A stretch of DNA of 64,000 nt from Candidatus Marinacidobacterales bacterium (GTDB lineage Bacteria > Acidobacteriota > Vicinamibacteria > Marinacidobacterales > SMYC01): the NCBI GenBank assembly GCA_965224085.1, contig CBDCYI010000004.1, positions 576,001 through 640,000 of the forward strand, read 5' to 3'. The notes beneath the pieces were generated by a model, which was not told the origin of the DNA, did not search any database, and saw only the letters and a list, made by a program, of their open reading frames with translations. This document shows positions 1 to 9,312 of this stretch, piece after piece (the stretch's first letter is position 1; the number at the start of each line of letters is the position of its first letter). The position numbers and the translations under genes are program-made.

Positions 1-1
1 G

Positions 2-766
2 CTCCGGCGCCAGGACGGGCCCGTCGCACGCGACCGCGAGACCGTCGAGGACACCACGGCTGCCGCGGCCGCGATCAAAGACAAAGCCCTCGAGCTTGGC
101 GCAGGACTCGTCGGTATCACCCTCGTCACCGAGGACGCGCTCTTCGAAGGTCACGAAGCTCCGCACCCGAATGCCATCTGCATCGGTCTCTCCATGGATC
201 GCGAGGAGATGACCCACGTGCCGCATAAACGGGCAGCCATCGAAGTGATGCGCGCTTATCATGAAGTGTCCCGCATCGCGCTCGAGCTCGCCGAGCACAT
301 CCGCGACCTCGGTTGGTCCGCTAAAGCCTACGGCAACCCCAACAGCACGGAGATCCTGCACATCCCACTCGCGATTCGAGCGGGCCTCGGAGAACTCGGC
401 AAGCATGGCTCGATGATCTCGAAGGAGTACGGTTCCAACTTTCGTTTCGCGGCCGTGCTCACGGACATGCCTCTCGCCTTCGACGAGCCCGTCGATCACG
501 GTGTCGAAGACCTCTGCCTGCACTGCCGGCGCTGTGTCATCGACTGCCCGCCCAAAGCACTCTTCGACAACAAGCAGTGGGTGCGCGGCGTCGAGCGGTG
601 GTACGTGGACTTCGACAAGTGTCTCCCGTATTTCGTGAAGACCTATGGCTGCGCGATTTGCATCGAAGTCTGTCCTTGGAGCGAGCCGGGGACGGGCCCC
701 GCGCTCTCGGAAACCCTACTAGCCAAACGAAAGCCGGCGAGCCGTCAGCCGAACAAATCGAGCTAG
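2..766 (+). CDS. Reductive dehalogenase-like / QueG-like cobalamin 2x[4Fe-4S] protein, 5' end outside the window
   Basis: Frame is open from base 2 (AIKDKALELGAGLVGIT...). Contains PLAIRAGLGELGKHG, VLTDMPL, CLHCRRCVIDCP and KC...GCAICIEVCPW, the motifs typical of the RdhA C-terminal half. Confidence 0.75.
   Translation, partial: LRRQDGPVARDRETVEDTTAAAAAIKDKALELGAGLVGITLVTEDALFEGHEAPHPNAICIGLSMDREEMTHVPHKRAAIEVMRAYHEVSRIALELAEHIRDLGWSAKAYGNPNSTEILHIPLAIRAGLGELGKHGSMISKEYGSNFRFAAVLTDMPLAFDEPVDHGVEDLCLHCRRCVIDCPPKALFDNKQWVRGVERWYVDFDKCLPYFVKTYGCAICIEVCPWSEPGTGPALSETLLAKRKPASRQPNKSS
743..764. repeat. Direct repeat copy 1 (21/22 identical to 4762-4783); decayed duplicate of the radical SAM gene 3' end
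   Basis: CGTCAGCCGAACAAATCGAGCT here vs CGTCAGCCGAACAAATCTAGCT at 4762. Minus strand 786-745 reads RFRIGLG*LDLFG*. Confidence 0.8.
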
Positions 767-1291
767 CCGAGTCCTATACGAAATCGCTATTCTTGGCTGC
801 GTGGAACTCGACGCTGGTTTGCCTATACTGGCTTGAGATGGTGGAAGTCGAGACACGCCGCATCATCATCGTGGGCGACGATCGGCTGGCGGTCGCGGGT
901 TTGGCCCATGTCCTCGGGAGCGAAATCGATCCACGCGAAATCGTGACCGCCGCGCCATCCGATGCTGCCCTCGACGAAGCTGATGTCTGCATTTGGGACC
1001 TCGCCACCCACCCACCCGGCGACCTCGAGCTCCCATCGGAACCTCCGGTCGTAGTGCTCGTTCGGGACGGAGCGCTCGCACGTCAAGCGTTTGCGGCCGG
1101 CGCGCGCGGCGCGCTCCTGAGGGACGCTTCTGCCAGGCGGATCGCGTGTGCGATCGACTCTGTGCTCGACGGTCTCGTCGTCCTCGACCCTGAGCTCGTC
1201 GAAGAAGCGATGCGGCCGCCGTCAACCGGCCTTACGACGATGGAGCCCCTGACACCCCGAGAGCTCGAAGTGCTCGAGCAGCTCGCGCTTA

Positions 1292-2651
1292 GGGACTGTT
1301 ACATATTAATATTTACAATACACTGTCATTGCTGCTATCCTCTGCTGGTTGCGAGACTATACGAGGATGGCAACAGATCGAAAGGTACCAGAGTCTGAGC
1401 GTCACTGGTTGAGGGTGCTGGGGACGTTGAACGAAGCGCAAGCGCGTGTTTTTGTGGCTCAACGGGCGCTTGAAGAAGGACGCGGCGGGGTCAGTCGGCT
1501 GTCACGACTTACGGGGATGTCGCGGCCGACCATCATGAAGGGCGTGGCGGAACTCAAAGCGAAAGCGCCGATAGTTGATGACGACAGCGCCCGAGTGCGC
1601 AAGCCTGGCGGGGGGAGAAAGCGGGTCGAGGAGTTAGACCCGAGAATCGAGCGGCAGCTGAAGAAGATCCTCGACGAAAGAACCGCCGGCGACCCGATGA
1701 AGCATCTCAAATGGACGAACAAGTCCACGAGAGCGATGGCGGAGGAGCTTGAACGCAAAGGTCACGATGTCTCGCACGTGACAGTTGCTCGACGCCTAGG
1801 AGAAATGGGTTACTCGCTGCAAGCTAACGTGAAGAGACTGGAAGGGGATCAGCACCCGGATCGGGACAAACAGTTTCGTTACATCAACAAGCAAGTAAGC
1901 AAGTTCATGCGAAGCAAGGATCCGGTCGTGAGCGTCGATACCAAGAAGAAGGAATTGATAGGAGCCTTTGAAAACAGGGGTAAAACGTGGAGGAAGAAGA
2001 AGGGCGGAGGTGAGCCGGTTCTTGTACACGACTTCCCCAGTATGGCTGAGGGCAAAGCAATTCCCTATGGGACTTACGATGTGTCCCGCGACGAAGCGCT
2101 GGTCAACGTCGGCATTACTCACGAGACTGCGGAATTCGCGGTAGAAAGCATCCGGAGATGGTGGCGCATACTCGGAAAAAAGTCTTATCCGATGGCGAAA
2201 CGTCTGCTTGTTTGCGCGGACGCCGGTGGAAGCAACGGAAACCGGCTGCGAGGCTGGAAGCTCCACCTCCAAAAGCTATCGGACCAACTGAAGATTCCCA
2301 TCACCGTATGCCACTATCCACCGGGAACCAGTAAATGGAACAAAATCGAACATCGACTATTCTCCTTTGTCAGCATGAACTGGAAAGGACGGCCTCTCGT
2401 GAGCTACGAGGCGGTCGTCAATCTTATCGGCAACACCAAGACCCGAACCGGCTTGAAGGTAAAGGCCATGCTGGACAAGAACTCCTACGAGACAGGCCAG
2501 AAGGTCAGTAACGAAGAAATGCAGGAGCTTCGACTCAAAATCCACCCCTTCTACGGCAACTGGAATTACACTCTCCATCCCCGACGTGCTTGATTGAGGG
2601 TATTAATTCTTACCGAACTCGTATTTGTAAATATTATTATGTAACATAACC
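1292..2651 (+). mobile_element. ISAzo13-family insertion sequence, 1360 bp
   Basis: Imperfect 27-bp terminal inverted repeats (GGGACTGTTACATATTAATATTTACAA vs reverse complement GGTTATGTTACATAATAATATTTACAA). 3-bp TTA target duplication at 1289-1291 and 2652-2654. Confidence 0.92.
1367..2593 (+). CDS. ISAzo13-family DDE transposase
   Basis: VSVDTKKKELIG, CADAGGSNG, CHYPPGTSKWNKIEHRLFS and WNYTLHP motifs; GAGG precedes ATG 1367. Confidence 0.93.
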   Translation: MATDRKVPESERHWLRVLGTLNEAQARVFVAQRALEEGRGGVSRLSRLTGMSRPTIMKGVAELKAKAPIVDDDSARVRKPGGGRKRVEELDPRIERQLKKILDERTAGDPMKHLKWTNKSTRAMAEELERKGHDVSHVTVARRLGEMGYSLQANVKRLEGDQHPDRDKQFRYINKQVSKFMRSKDPVVSVDTKKKELIGAFENRGKTWRKKKGGGEPVLVHDFPSMAEGKAIPYGTYDVSRDEALVNVGITHETAEFAVESIRRWWRILGKKSYPMAKRLLVCADAGGSNGNRLRGWKLHLQKLSDQLKIPITVCHYPPGTSKWNKIEHRLFSFVSMNWKGRPLVSYEAVVNLIGNTKTRTGLKVKAMLDKNSYETGQKVSNEEMQELRLKIHPFYGNWNYTLHPRRA

Positions 2652-2806
2652 TTAGACTCTCCAATAAAGACATCGCAACCCGGCTCGGCGTGAGCCCGCA
2701 CACCGCCAAATTCCACGTCAACTCGTTGATCGGCAAGCTCGGTGCCAACTCTCGTACCGAGGTCGTTGCCATGGCGGCCCGCGCCGGACTCGTCACGTTC
2801 TAGAAA

Positions 2807-2837
2807 CTACCCGAATGGGTAGGCGGCACCTACCCGT
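2807..2837. promoter_or_regulatory. Putative NarL/LuxR-type operator: palindrome CTACCC-GAAT-GGGTAG plus a further CTACCCG half-site
   Basis: Perfect 6-bp-arm inverted repeat at 2807-2822, repeated half-site at about 2830, directly upstream of the htrA pair. Confidence 0.55.
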
Positions 2838-2880
2838 TCTCTCGATGCGAGGGCGATAGCTTTACGGCTAATCTCGGTGC

Positions 2881-3765
2881 ATGGCAAACACACTAGACGC
2901 ACTATCCCAAGACATCGCACGCATCGCCTCCAAAGCGCGTCCGAGCGTCGTAGCGATCGATGGACGCCGTGTCGCGCCCTCGAGCGGGATCGTGTGGAAC
3001 AGCGAAGGGATCGTGATCGCCGCAGCGCACACACTGGAATCCGACGACAGCGTCGAGCTGACGGACGCTTCCGGCGCGCGCAAGAACGCCACGCTCGTCG
3101 GACGTGACCCGGGCACCGACGTCGCCGTCCTGCGAGCGACCGACCTCGACAAACCCACACCCGATTGGCCGGATTGGACGGATACAGGCCGCCTCGAGGC
3201 CGGACACCTGGCCGTGGTCGTGGCGCGTCGCCGAAGCAGTCTCGTCGCCGTGAACGTGGTCGACGAAGAGTGGACCACTCGCAGCGGCGGCCGCCTCGAT
3301 CGCTATATCGAGATCGACCCGAAACGCTTCCGCGGTTTCTCGGGAAGCCTTCTACTCAATGGCAACGGCCAGGCGCAGGGCATGAACACTACCGGACTCG
3401 CGCGACGCAAACCGTTGACGGTACCCACGGAAACGCTTCGTCGCGTCGTCGACAATCTGATCGAACACGGTGAGGTTCGTCGCGGGTTCCTCGGTATCAC
3501 AACGTCGCCGGTGCGACTTCCTAACACGGTGAAATCGCAAGACGTCGGACTCTTGATCCTCTCAGTGCAAACAGGGGGTCCCGCCGCGGCGGCCGAGCTC
3601 TTTCTCGGTGACGTCGTCCTAGCAATCGACGGCGAAATCGCGCAGAGCCCGATCGCACTCCTTACCTCCCTCACCGAGGAGCGCATCGGCCACAACGTCG
3701 ACGTGCGCATTCTCCGCGCCGGCAAAGAGAAAACCGTCAGCGTGCTACTAGGTAAAAGAAAATGA
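2881..3765 (+). CDS. HtrA/S1C-like serine protease with PDZ domain (divergent)
   Basis: AAAHTL, GTDVAVL and GFSGS triad motifs; C-terminal PDZ (RGFLGI...GDVVLAIDG). Confidence 0.85.
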   Translation: MANTLDALSQDIARIASKARPSVVAIDGRRVAPSSGIVWNSEGIVIAAAHTLESDDSVELTDASGARKNATLVGRDPGTDVAVLRATDLDKPTPDWPDWTDTGRLEAGHLAVVVARRRSSLVAVNVVDEEWTTRSGGRLDRYIEIDPKRFRGFSGSLLLNGNGQAQGMNTTGLARRKPLTVPTETLRRVVDNLIEHGEVRRGFLGITTSPVRLPNTVKSQDVGLLILSVQTGGPAAAAELFLGDVVLAIDGEIAQSPIALLTSLTEERIGHNVDVRILRAGKEKTVSVLLGKRK

Positions 3766-4733
3766 TCGTCGGCATCGACGAGGCTGAGGCTCTAGACGCC
3801 TATTCGAAAGCGGTAACTTGCGTTGCCGAAGAGCTCAGCCCGTCGGTCGTCAAAGTCGACGTCGAGAATGCCAAAGGGAAGTCACCATCCCATCGCCGCC
3901 GCAACTCCGGCAGTGGCTCGGGCTTCGTCTTCACGCCGGACGGCTTCGTGCTCACGAACAGCCACGTCGTTGCGGGCGCTCGGCGCATCGAGGTCACCCT
4001 CATCGACGGACGCTCCCTCGAGGCCGATCTCGTCGGCGACGACCCGGACACGGCTCTGGCAGTTGTCCGCGTCTCCGTCAGTGCGTCCGACCTCGTGCCA
4101 GCCAGGCTCGGAAACTCGCGCACGCTCAAAGTCGGCCAGCTCGTCGTGGCGATCGGGAACCCGTTAGGTTTCCAGTGCACGGTCACCGCCGGCGTCGTGA
4201 GCGCGTTGGGCCGATCGCTCCGTTCTCAATCCGGTCGTCTCATCGAAGGCATCATTCAAACCGACGCCGCGCTCAATCCCGGAAACTCCGGTGGACCGCT
4301 CGTGAGCTCCGCAGGACGTGTCGTCGGCCTCAACACCGCGACCATCATGGGAGCTCAAGGTCTGTGCTTTGCTATCCCGAGCACGATCATCTCGCACACG
4401 GCAGGCGTTTTGATCCGAGATGGGAGATTACGACGAAGCTATATCGGCGTGCGCGGCCAGGATGTGCCCGTCTCGAGACGCCTGACGCGTGCTCACGAGA
4501 TCACGAACGAGCGAGGCGTCCTGATCGTGTCTGTGGAGAAGCGCAGCGCCGCAGATGAAGCCGGACTTCGAAAGGGTGACATCGTCATCGCCCTCGACTC
4601 CACTCCGGTGCAAGGCATCGACGACTTGCTGCGTCTTCTAACTGAAGATCGGATCGGATCGACGAACGAGCTGAAACTCCTGAGGGGCACAGAAACGAGG
4701 ACGCTTTCGATCCAACCCGCTGAAAGGCCTTAG
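3762..4733 (+). CDS. HtrA/DegP-family serine protease with PDZ domain
   Basis: GSGSGF, TNSHVV and IQTDAALNPGNSGGPL motifs plus PDZ. The catalytic Asp motif reads DTALAV. Confidence 0.92.
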   Translation: MIVGIDEAEALDAYSKAVTCVAEELSPSVVKVDVENAKGKSPSHRRRNSGSGSGFVFTPDGFVLTNSHVVAGARRIEVTLIDGRSLEADLVGDDPDTALAVVRVSVSASDLVPARLGNSRTLKVGQLVVAIGNPLGFQCTVTAGVVSALGRSLRSQSGRLIEGIIQTDAALNPGNSGGPLVSSAGRVVGLNTATIMGAQGLCFAIPSTIISHTAGVLIRDGRLRRSYIGVRGQDVPVSRRLTRAHEITNERGVLIVSVEKRSAADEAGLRKGDIVIALDSTPVQGIDDLLRLLTEDRIGSTNELKLLRGTETRTLSIQPAERP

Positions 4734-4761
4734 GGCCCAAGTTCGACACCCCGCGACGGAT

Positions 4762-4783
4762 CGTCAGCCGAACAAATCTAGCT
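4762..4783. repeat. Direct repeat copy 2, the 3' end of the radical SAM gene
   Basis: Matches 743-764 at 21/22 positions. Confidence 0.8.
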
Positions 4784-5807
4784 GATGGAGCTGACCGGGT
4801 CTTCGAAACCGCGTCGCATCGAGAGACGGCAAGGGTTTGTCGAGCCCCAACTTTCGCGCGGCGACGCGAAAACGCTTTTCCAGGATCGCCGCGTAAGGTC
4901 CCGTCCCGCGCATGCGCTCGCCAAACTGCGAGCGGTGGAGCTCACCGCCATGCGACTGCCGCATCAAGCTCAAGACATGCGTGGCCTTGTCCGGATAGTG
5001 AGCCTCGAGCCATTCCGCGAACAGCTCTTTGAGCTCGAGAGGTAGTCGCAAAAGGATGTAACCGACGCTCGTTGCACCTGCGGCGGCCGAGGCCTCGAGA
5101 ATACGCTCGAGCTCCGAGTCGTTGAGCGCGGGGATCATCGGGGACGCCAAAACGCCGCAAGGAACACCGGCGGCGGAGAGCTCGGCGATTGCTGAGAGCC
5201 TCTTTTGGGGCTTCGACGCGCGCGGCTCCATCCGGCTGGCGAGCTCGGGGTCGAGCGTCGTGATGGAAAGGAACACATGAGCGAGCCCTTTTTTCGCCAT
5301 CGGCGCTAACAGATCCAAATCGCGCAGCACGAGATGCGATTTGGTGACGATGCCTACTGGATGCTCGTGCTCGGCCAAGACTTCGAGCACGCGCCGCGTG
5401 ATTCCGTGCTCGCGCTCGGCGGGCTGGTACGGATCGGTATTGGACCCAAGAGCGATCGGTTCCGGGCGATACTTGGGCTTCGCGAGCTCTTTCTTCAACA
5501 GCTCCGGCGCCTTGGGCTTCGAAAAGATTCTCGTCTCGAAATCTAGGCCGGGCGACAAACCGAGATAAGCGTGGGTGGGCCGCGCGAAGCAGTAGATACA
5601 CCCATGTTCGCAGCCGCGATAGGGGTTTACCGAGACCGAGAACGGAACATCGGGTGAGTCGTTCTTCGCGAGGATCGAGCGCGTGCTGTCGGGCGATACG
5701 ATGGTCTCGACTCGGTCCCGTTCTTCGATCGGGACGTATCCGACATATTCAAGCCGCTCGAAACGGCCGGTGGCGTTACTCCCCGCGCCACGACCTTTGC
5801 GTTGCAT
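4764..5807 (-). CDS. PA0069/Rv2578c-type radical SAM protein (spore photoproduct lyase-like)
   Basis: NPYRGCEHGCIYCFAR (CxxxCxxC), NTDPYQPAE, and C-terminal QLDLF. Confidence 0.9.
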   Translation of the reverse strand: MQRKGRGAGSNATGRFERLEYVGYVPIEERDRVETIVSPDSTRSILAKNDSPDVPFSVSVNPYRGCEHGCIYCFARPTHAYLGLSPGLDFETRIFSKPKAPELLKKELAKPKYRPEPIALGSNTDPYQPAEREHGITRRVLEVLAEHEHPVGIVTKSHLVLRDLDLLAPMAKKGLAHVFLSITTLDPELASRMEPRASKPQKRLSAIAELSAAGVPCGVLASPMIPALNDSELERILEASAAAGATSVGYILLRLPLELKELFAEWLEAHYPDKATHVLSLMRQSHGGELHRSQFGERMRGTGPYAAILEKRFRVAARKLGLDKPLPSLDATRFRRPGQLHQLDLFG

Positions 5808-5825
5808 CTAGACTAAACTACCTCA

Positions 5826-6734
5826 GTGAGCGAGTGGGACGCCATTGGGATAGGGCTCGTCGTGCGCGACATCAGTGTCCTCATGGACCGCTTCCCCGCC
5901 CCGGACAAAAAAATCTCCGCGCGGGAGCTCCACGAATCCGGGGGCGGCCCGGTCCCCACAGCGCTCGTCACGCTGGCGCGTCTCGGGCGCAAGACCGCGA
6001 TCGCCGGGCTCGTGGGCAACGATGCCGTGGGCCGCTTCATCCGAGAGGGCCTCCTGAACGAGAACATCGATACGAACGCTATCACCGTGCGCGAGGGCTT
6101 CGAATCTCCCACGAGTATCATCGTCGTCGAGAACGGGCGTCGCACGATCCTAGAAGCGCCTCACGAGATCGGATTGCCTCTAGCTTGGGACGACGTGCGC
6201 GGCCTCCCGCTCGACGACTGCGACGCGCTTCTCGTCGATGCGCGCACCGTGCCGGTGCAAATCGAGGCCGCTCTTCATGTGCGCAGATCCGGCGGTCTCG
6301 TCGTGCTGGACTGCGGCCATCCGCGCGAAGGCGTCGAGGAGCTCGTGAGCTCGACCGACATCGCGATTTTCTCCCATACTTATCCGAGCGCGCTACACGG
6401 TGCCGATTACGACGTGGCCGCGTTTTTGAACGACACGATCGAACGTCTTCCGAAGGACGGCCCTGCCATTGTCGGCGTGACGCTCGGCGCCGACGGCTGC
6501 GCGGTCGCGAGCCGAGATACTCCGATGGTGCGGGCGAAAGCGCCGGTGATCAAAGCACTAGACACAACCGGCGCCGGCGATGTCTTTCACGGTGCTTTTA
6601 CGCATGCCTACTTGAAGACGCGCTCGATCGCCGAGTCCGCGCGATTCGCGAACGCGGCGGCAGCCAAGAAATGCGAAGGTATGACGGGACGCGCGCCCAT
6701 CCTCTCAGAGGAGGAGCTTTGGGCCGCTGGCTGA
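5826..6734 (+). CDS. PfkB-family carbohydrate kinase
   Basis: GGGPVPTA motif and DTTGAGDVFHGAF signature. Confidence 0.9.
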   Translation: MSEWDAIGIGLVVRDISVLMDRFPAPDKKISARELHESGGGPVPTALVTLARLGRKTAIAGLVGNDAVGRFIREGLLNENIDTNAITVREGFESPTSIIVVENGRRTILEAPHEIGLPLAWDDVRGLPLDDCDALLVDARTVPVQIEAALHVRRSGGLVVLDCGHPREGVEELVSSTDIAIFSHTYPSALHGADYDVAAFLNDTIERLPKDGPAIVGVTLGADGCAVASRDTPMVRAKAPVIKALDTTGAGDVFHGAFTHAYLKTRSIAESARFANAAAAKKCEGMTGRAPILSEEELWAAG

Positions 6735-7694
6735 GCTTCGCGGCGCTCCTATTGGCGGCGCCGGCGTCGGGCGAAGATTGTAAGACAGCCTTCGCACGCA
6801 GCGAGATCTCTCCTGAATACATCTCCATCGTGGACACCTATCGCAACCGTCAATGGCTCGTGGCCGTTCAATCCGTCGCGCGCCTCGACCACAAAGCGCT
6901 CGAGTCTTTCGTCAAGCAGCTCGAGCCGGCTCCTATGGACGAGCACTCGCATCCGTGCGTCGAAGCGGCGGCGTTGCTCCACACCGATACGGCGATCTAC
7001 GTCGTCGAGGACGGCGATTGGACAAAAGCGTTCGTCCATTTCGAGCTCGGGCGGACGCTCAGCCGCAAGGTCGGGCGGCACTTCGAGCGAGATTGGCTTC
7101 TTGCCGTCGCTCTCTACTACCAGGGACTGATTTTTGCTGGGGACCGTGAGATCGGCTTCCGGGAAGCCACCGCCCTTTTCGACGACGCGCTCGACCGTCA
7201 CCCCGCCGACGCGGAGATCCTCGTCGCCGCCGGGGCGCTCTGGGAGTGGTCGGGATCGCTCCCTTTTGGCGAGCCGGACCATATGAAGCGGGCGGAACGC
7301 CTTTACGCACGCGCTCTCGAGCAAGAACCAGGCCTCGCGGAGGCTAAACTACGCTACGGCAATGTTTTGGAAAAAAAAGAGGCCGGTTCGATGACGCATT
7401 ATGTATAGAGCCCGCATGGTACTCGGGAATCTGGCGGAGCGGCGCGGGCTCCCCGAGCCGGCCATCCTCCATTACCAAGCCGCTATCAAGCTGGAGCCGA
7501 ATTGGCAGATTGGCTTTCTCGCGCTGAGCCACGCACTTCACACGGCTTCGGAGCGCGAAGCGTCGCGCACCGCGCTCGAGGAGGCACTGATCTTGTCGGA
7601 TTCTAAGCAAAGCGGTTGGTGGGAATACGAGCTCGGCTTGAGTGAGCGCGCGGATCCGCTCTTTTCATCGATGCGCGAGGCCTTGGCGCGATGA
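6719..7694 (+). CDS. Secreted TPR-repeat protein; frame break near 7371-7400
   Basis: GAGGAG before TTG, signal-peptide-like start and TPR-like helices. The frame changes after an A-run and continues in ORF 7401-7694. Confidence 0.65.
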
Positions 7695-8620
7695 CAGGAC
7701 TCTCCTGGATGCTCGCAGCTTTCATCATCCAACCGCAGACCCCTCTTTTCAGAACAACGACCGAGATCGTCCAAGTCGACGTCTATGTCGGCCGCGACGG
7801 CCGGGCGGTGCTCGGGCTCGGCGCATCGGATTTCGAGCTGTTCGAGGACGGCGAGCGCCAAGAGCTCGATCTCGTCGACGCTCAAAACATTCCGGTACAC
7901 ATCGCCCTCGTGCTCGACACGAGCGGCAGCGTCGCGGGCATACGCCTGAGTCATTTGCGCGAGGCAGCGATTCAGCTACTGGACGATCTCGACGATGAAG
8001 ACGAAGCCGCCCTCATTTCGTTCTCGCATCACTTGAAGCGGGACGCCGAGCTGATGCGAGACAAAGACCAAGTGCGGGACGCGATCGAGGCGGTCGAGGC
8101 TTACGGTGCCACCGCGTGGCACGATGCACTTTTCGTCGGGCTCAAGACGGTCGAGAACGTCGAGCACCGCCCCATGGTGTTGCTCTTCACGGATGGAATC
8201 GACACTTACAGCTGGCTCCGCGAAGAGCAAATGCTTCCGCTCGTCGAGCAGTCTCAGGCTGTCATCTACGCCATTGGACGAAAAGAGCGTCTGCCGAAGT
8301 TCGGTCGGGGGACGCTTCGCCATTCAGCTTTAGCGCGGGACCGCGCGCGCCGGGCTGCCCGCGACGCCAACGCCGAACGGACCCGTCTTCTTCGCAAGCT
8401 CACAGAGACGAGCGGCGGACGTTTCATCGAGACCGACACGACCGAGAATCTAGGACCGATCTTCTCGACGATCCTCGCCGAGATAAAGACACGCTATCTG
8501 TTGTCCTATCGTCCGCGGGAGCCGATCCACGAGGGGTGGCATACCCTCTCGGTCAAAGTCAACGTCCGCGGCGTCGAGGTCCATGCGCGGCGGGGATACT
8601 TTTATGAAAAGAAGCGCTAG
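7691..8620 (+). CDS. VWA domain protein (acidobacterial VWFA-related type)
   Basis: FRTTTEIVQVDV N-terminus, MIDAS DTSGS, LFTDGID, and ARRGYF C-terminus. Confidence 0.9.
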   Translation: MTGLSWMLAAFIIQPQTPLFRTTTEIVQVDVYVGRDGRAVLGLGASDFELFEDGERQELDLVDAQNIPVHIALVLDTSGSVAGIRLSHLREAAIQLLDDLDDEDEAALISFSHHLKRDAELMRDKDQVRDAIEAVEAYGATAWHDALFVGLKTVENVEHRPMVLLFTDGIDTYSWLREEQMLPLVEQSQAVIYAIGRKERLPKFGRGTLRHSALARDRARRAARDANAERTRLLRKLTETSGGRFIETDTTENLGPIFSTILAEIKTRYLLSYRPREPIHEGWHTLSVKVNVRGVEVHARRGYFYEKKR

Positions 8621-9136
8621 CTTTCTAGTCTTCCTGGTGCTGACGCTCGACGCGTCCGCGGGGCCGAAAGAGACCGCTCTCGCGTGGCTCGCGGAGCAGC
8701 ACGATCATCTGAACGACGTGTCCGAAGCCCTTTGGGCAATGCCGGAGCCGCCGCACGCGGAGCGGTGCTCGCCGTGAAGCGAGCAAACGATGAGCACGGC
8801 TTTCGAGGCACGGTGCGCTTTTTTCGGCGCTCCCGCTGAAGAGATTTATCACGGCGGCGCCTACATGGCGCGGACGACGTGGATGCACTTTTGTTCTGGC
8901 ATCCTTCCGCCGTCACGACCGTGATCACGAGGAGCGGACTCGCGATGGACTCTATCCGCTTCGTCTTCGACGGTCTCGCCTCGGACGCCACCGACGCAGC
9001 AGCCAAAGGCGTGAGCGCGCTCGCCGCAGCCTATGAGCTTAGAGAGTTCGACACCGCGCGCGGAGACGCGATCTATGAATCCCCGCTGCCCGCCGAGCTC
9101 GGACCGTTCGAATGCTTGAAGCCTCGGCCCCGTTAG
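8604..9136 (+). pseudogene. M20/AbgB-like amidohydrolase relic with internal deletions and frameshifts
   Basis: Fragments LWAMPEPPHAE, GTVRFF..AEE, LFWHPS and YESPLP lie in different frames within only about 530 bp. Confidence 0.6.
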
Positions 9137-9180
9137 TCAAGCGAAAGACGGAACCACGCGAACAAGATCGGCTGGCACAC

Positions 9181-9213
9181 AAAAAAAAGGGAGGGGCACT
9201 CACCCCCCCCCTC
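9181..9213 (-). terminator. Rho-independent terminator of the Lys-rich microprotein gene
   Basis: Minus strand reads a G-run stem, TGAGTG loop, CCCCTCCC, then T8. Confidence 0.8.
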
Positions 9214-9234
9214 TTATTACCCCTGAGGAAGTCC

Positions 9235-9312
9235 CTACTTTTTCTTTGCAGCTTTTTTCTTTGCAGCCTTCTTCTTGGTGGTCTTTTTCTTAGCTGCCTT
9301 TTTTTTCGCCAT
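9235..9312 (-). CDS. 25-aa Lys/Ala-rich histone-H1-tail-like microprotein MAKKKAAKKKTTKKKAAKKKAAKKK
   Basis: Translated by hand. AGGAGGTGA Shine-Dalgarno upstream, plus its own promoter and terminator. Confidence 0.8.
   Translation of the reverse strand: MAKKKAAKKKTTKKKAAKKKAAKKK

Larger units (their letters stand above)
838..2803 (+). pseudogene. NarL/LuxR-family response regulator interrupted by ISAzo13
   Basis: REC-like N-terminus and LTPRELEVLEQLAL lie before the IS. Removing the IS and one TTA copy restores the frame into RLSNKDIATRLGVSPHTAKFHVNSLIGKLGANSRTEVV...TF* (stop 2801-2803). Confidence 0.9.

Noticed and set aside
9235-9312. Lys-rich ORF as a lysine attenuator leader peptide
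   Set aside because: No same-strand gene follows the terminator (the downstream genes are convergent) and no lysine biosynthesis genes are present.
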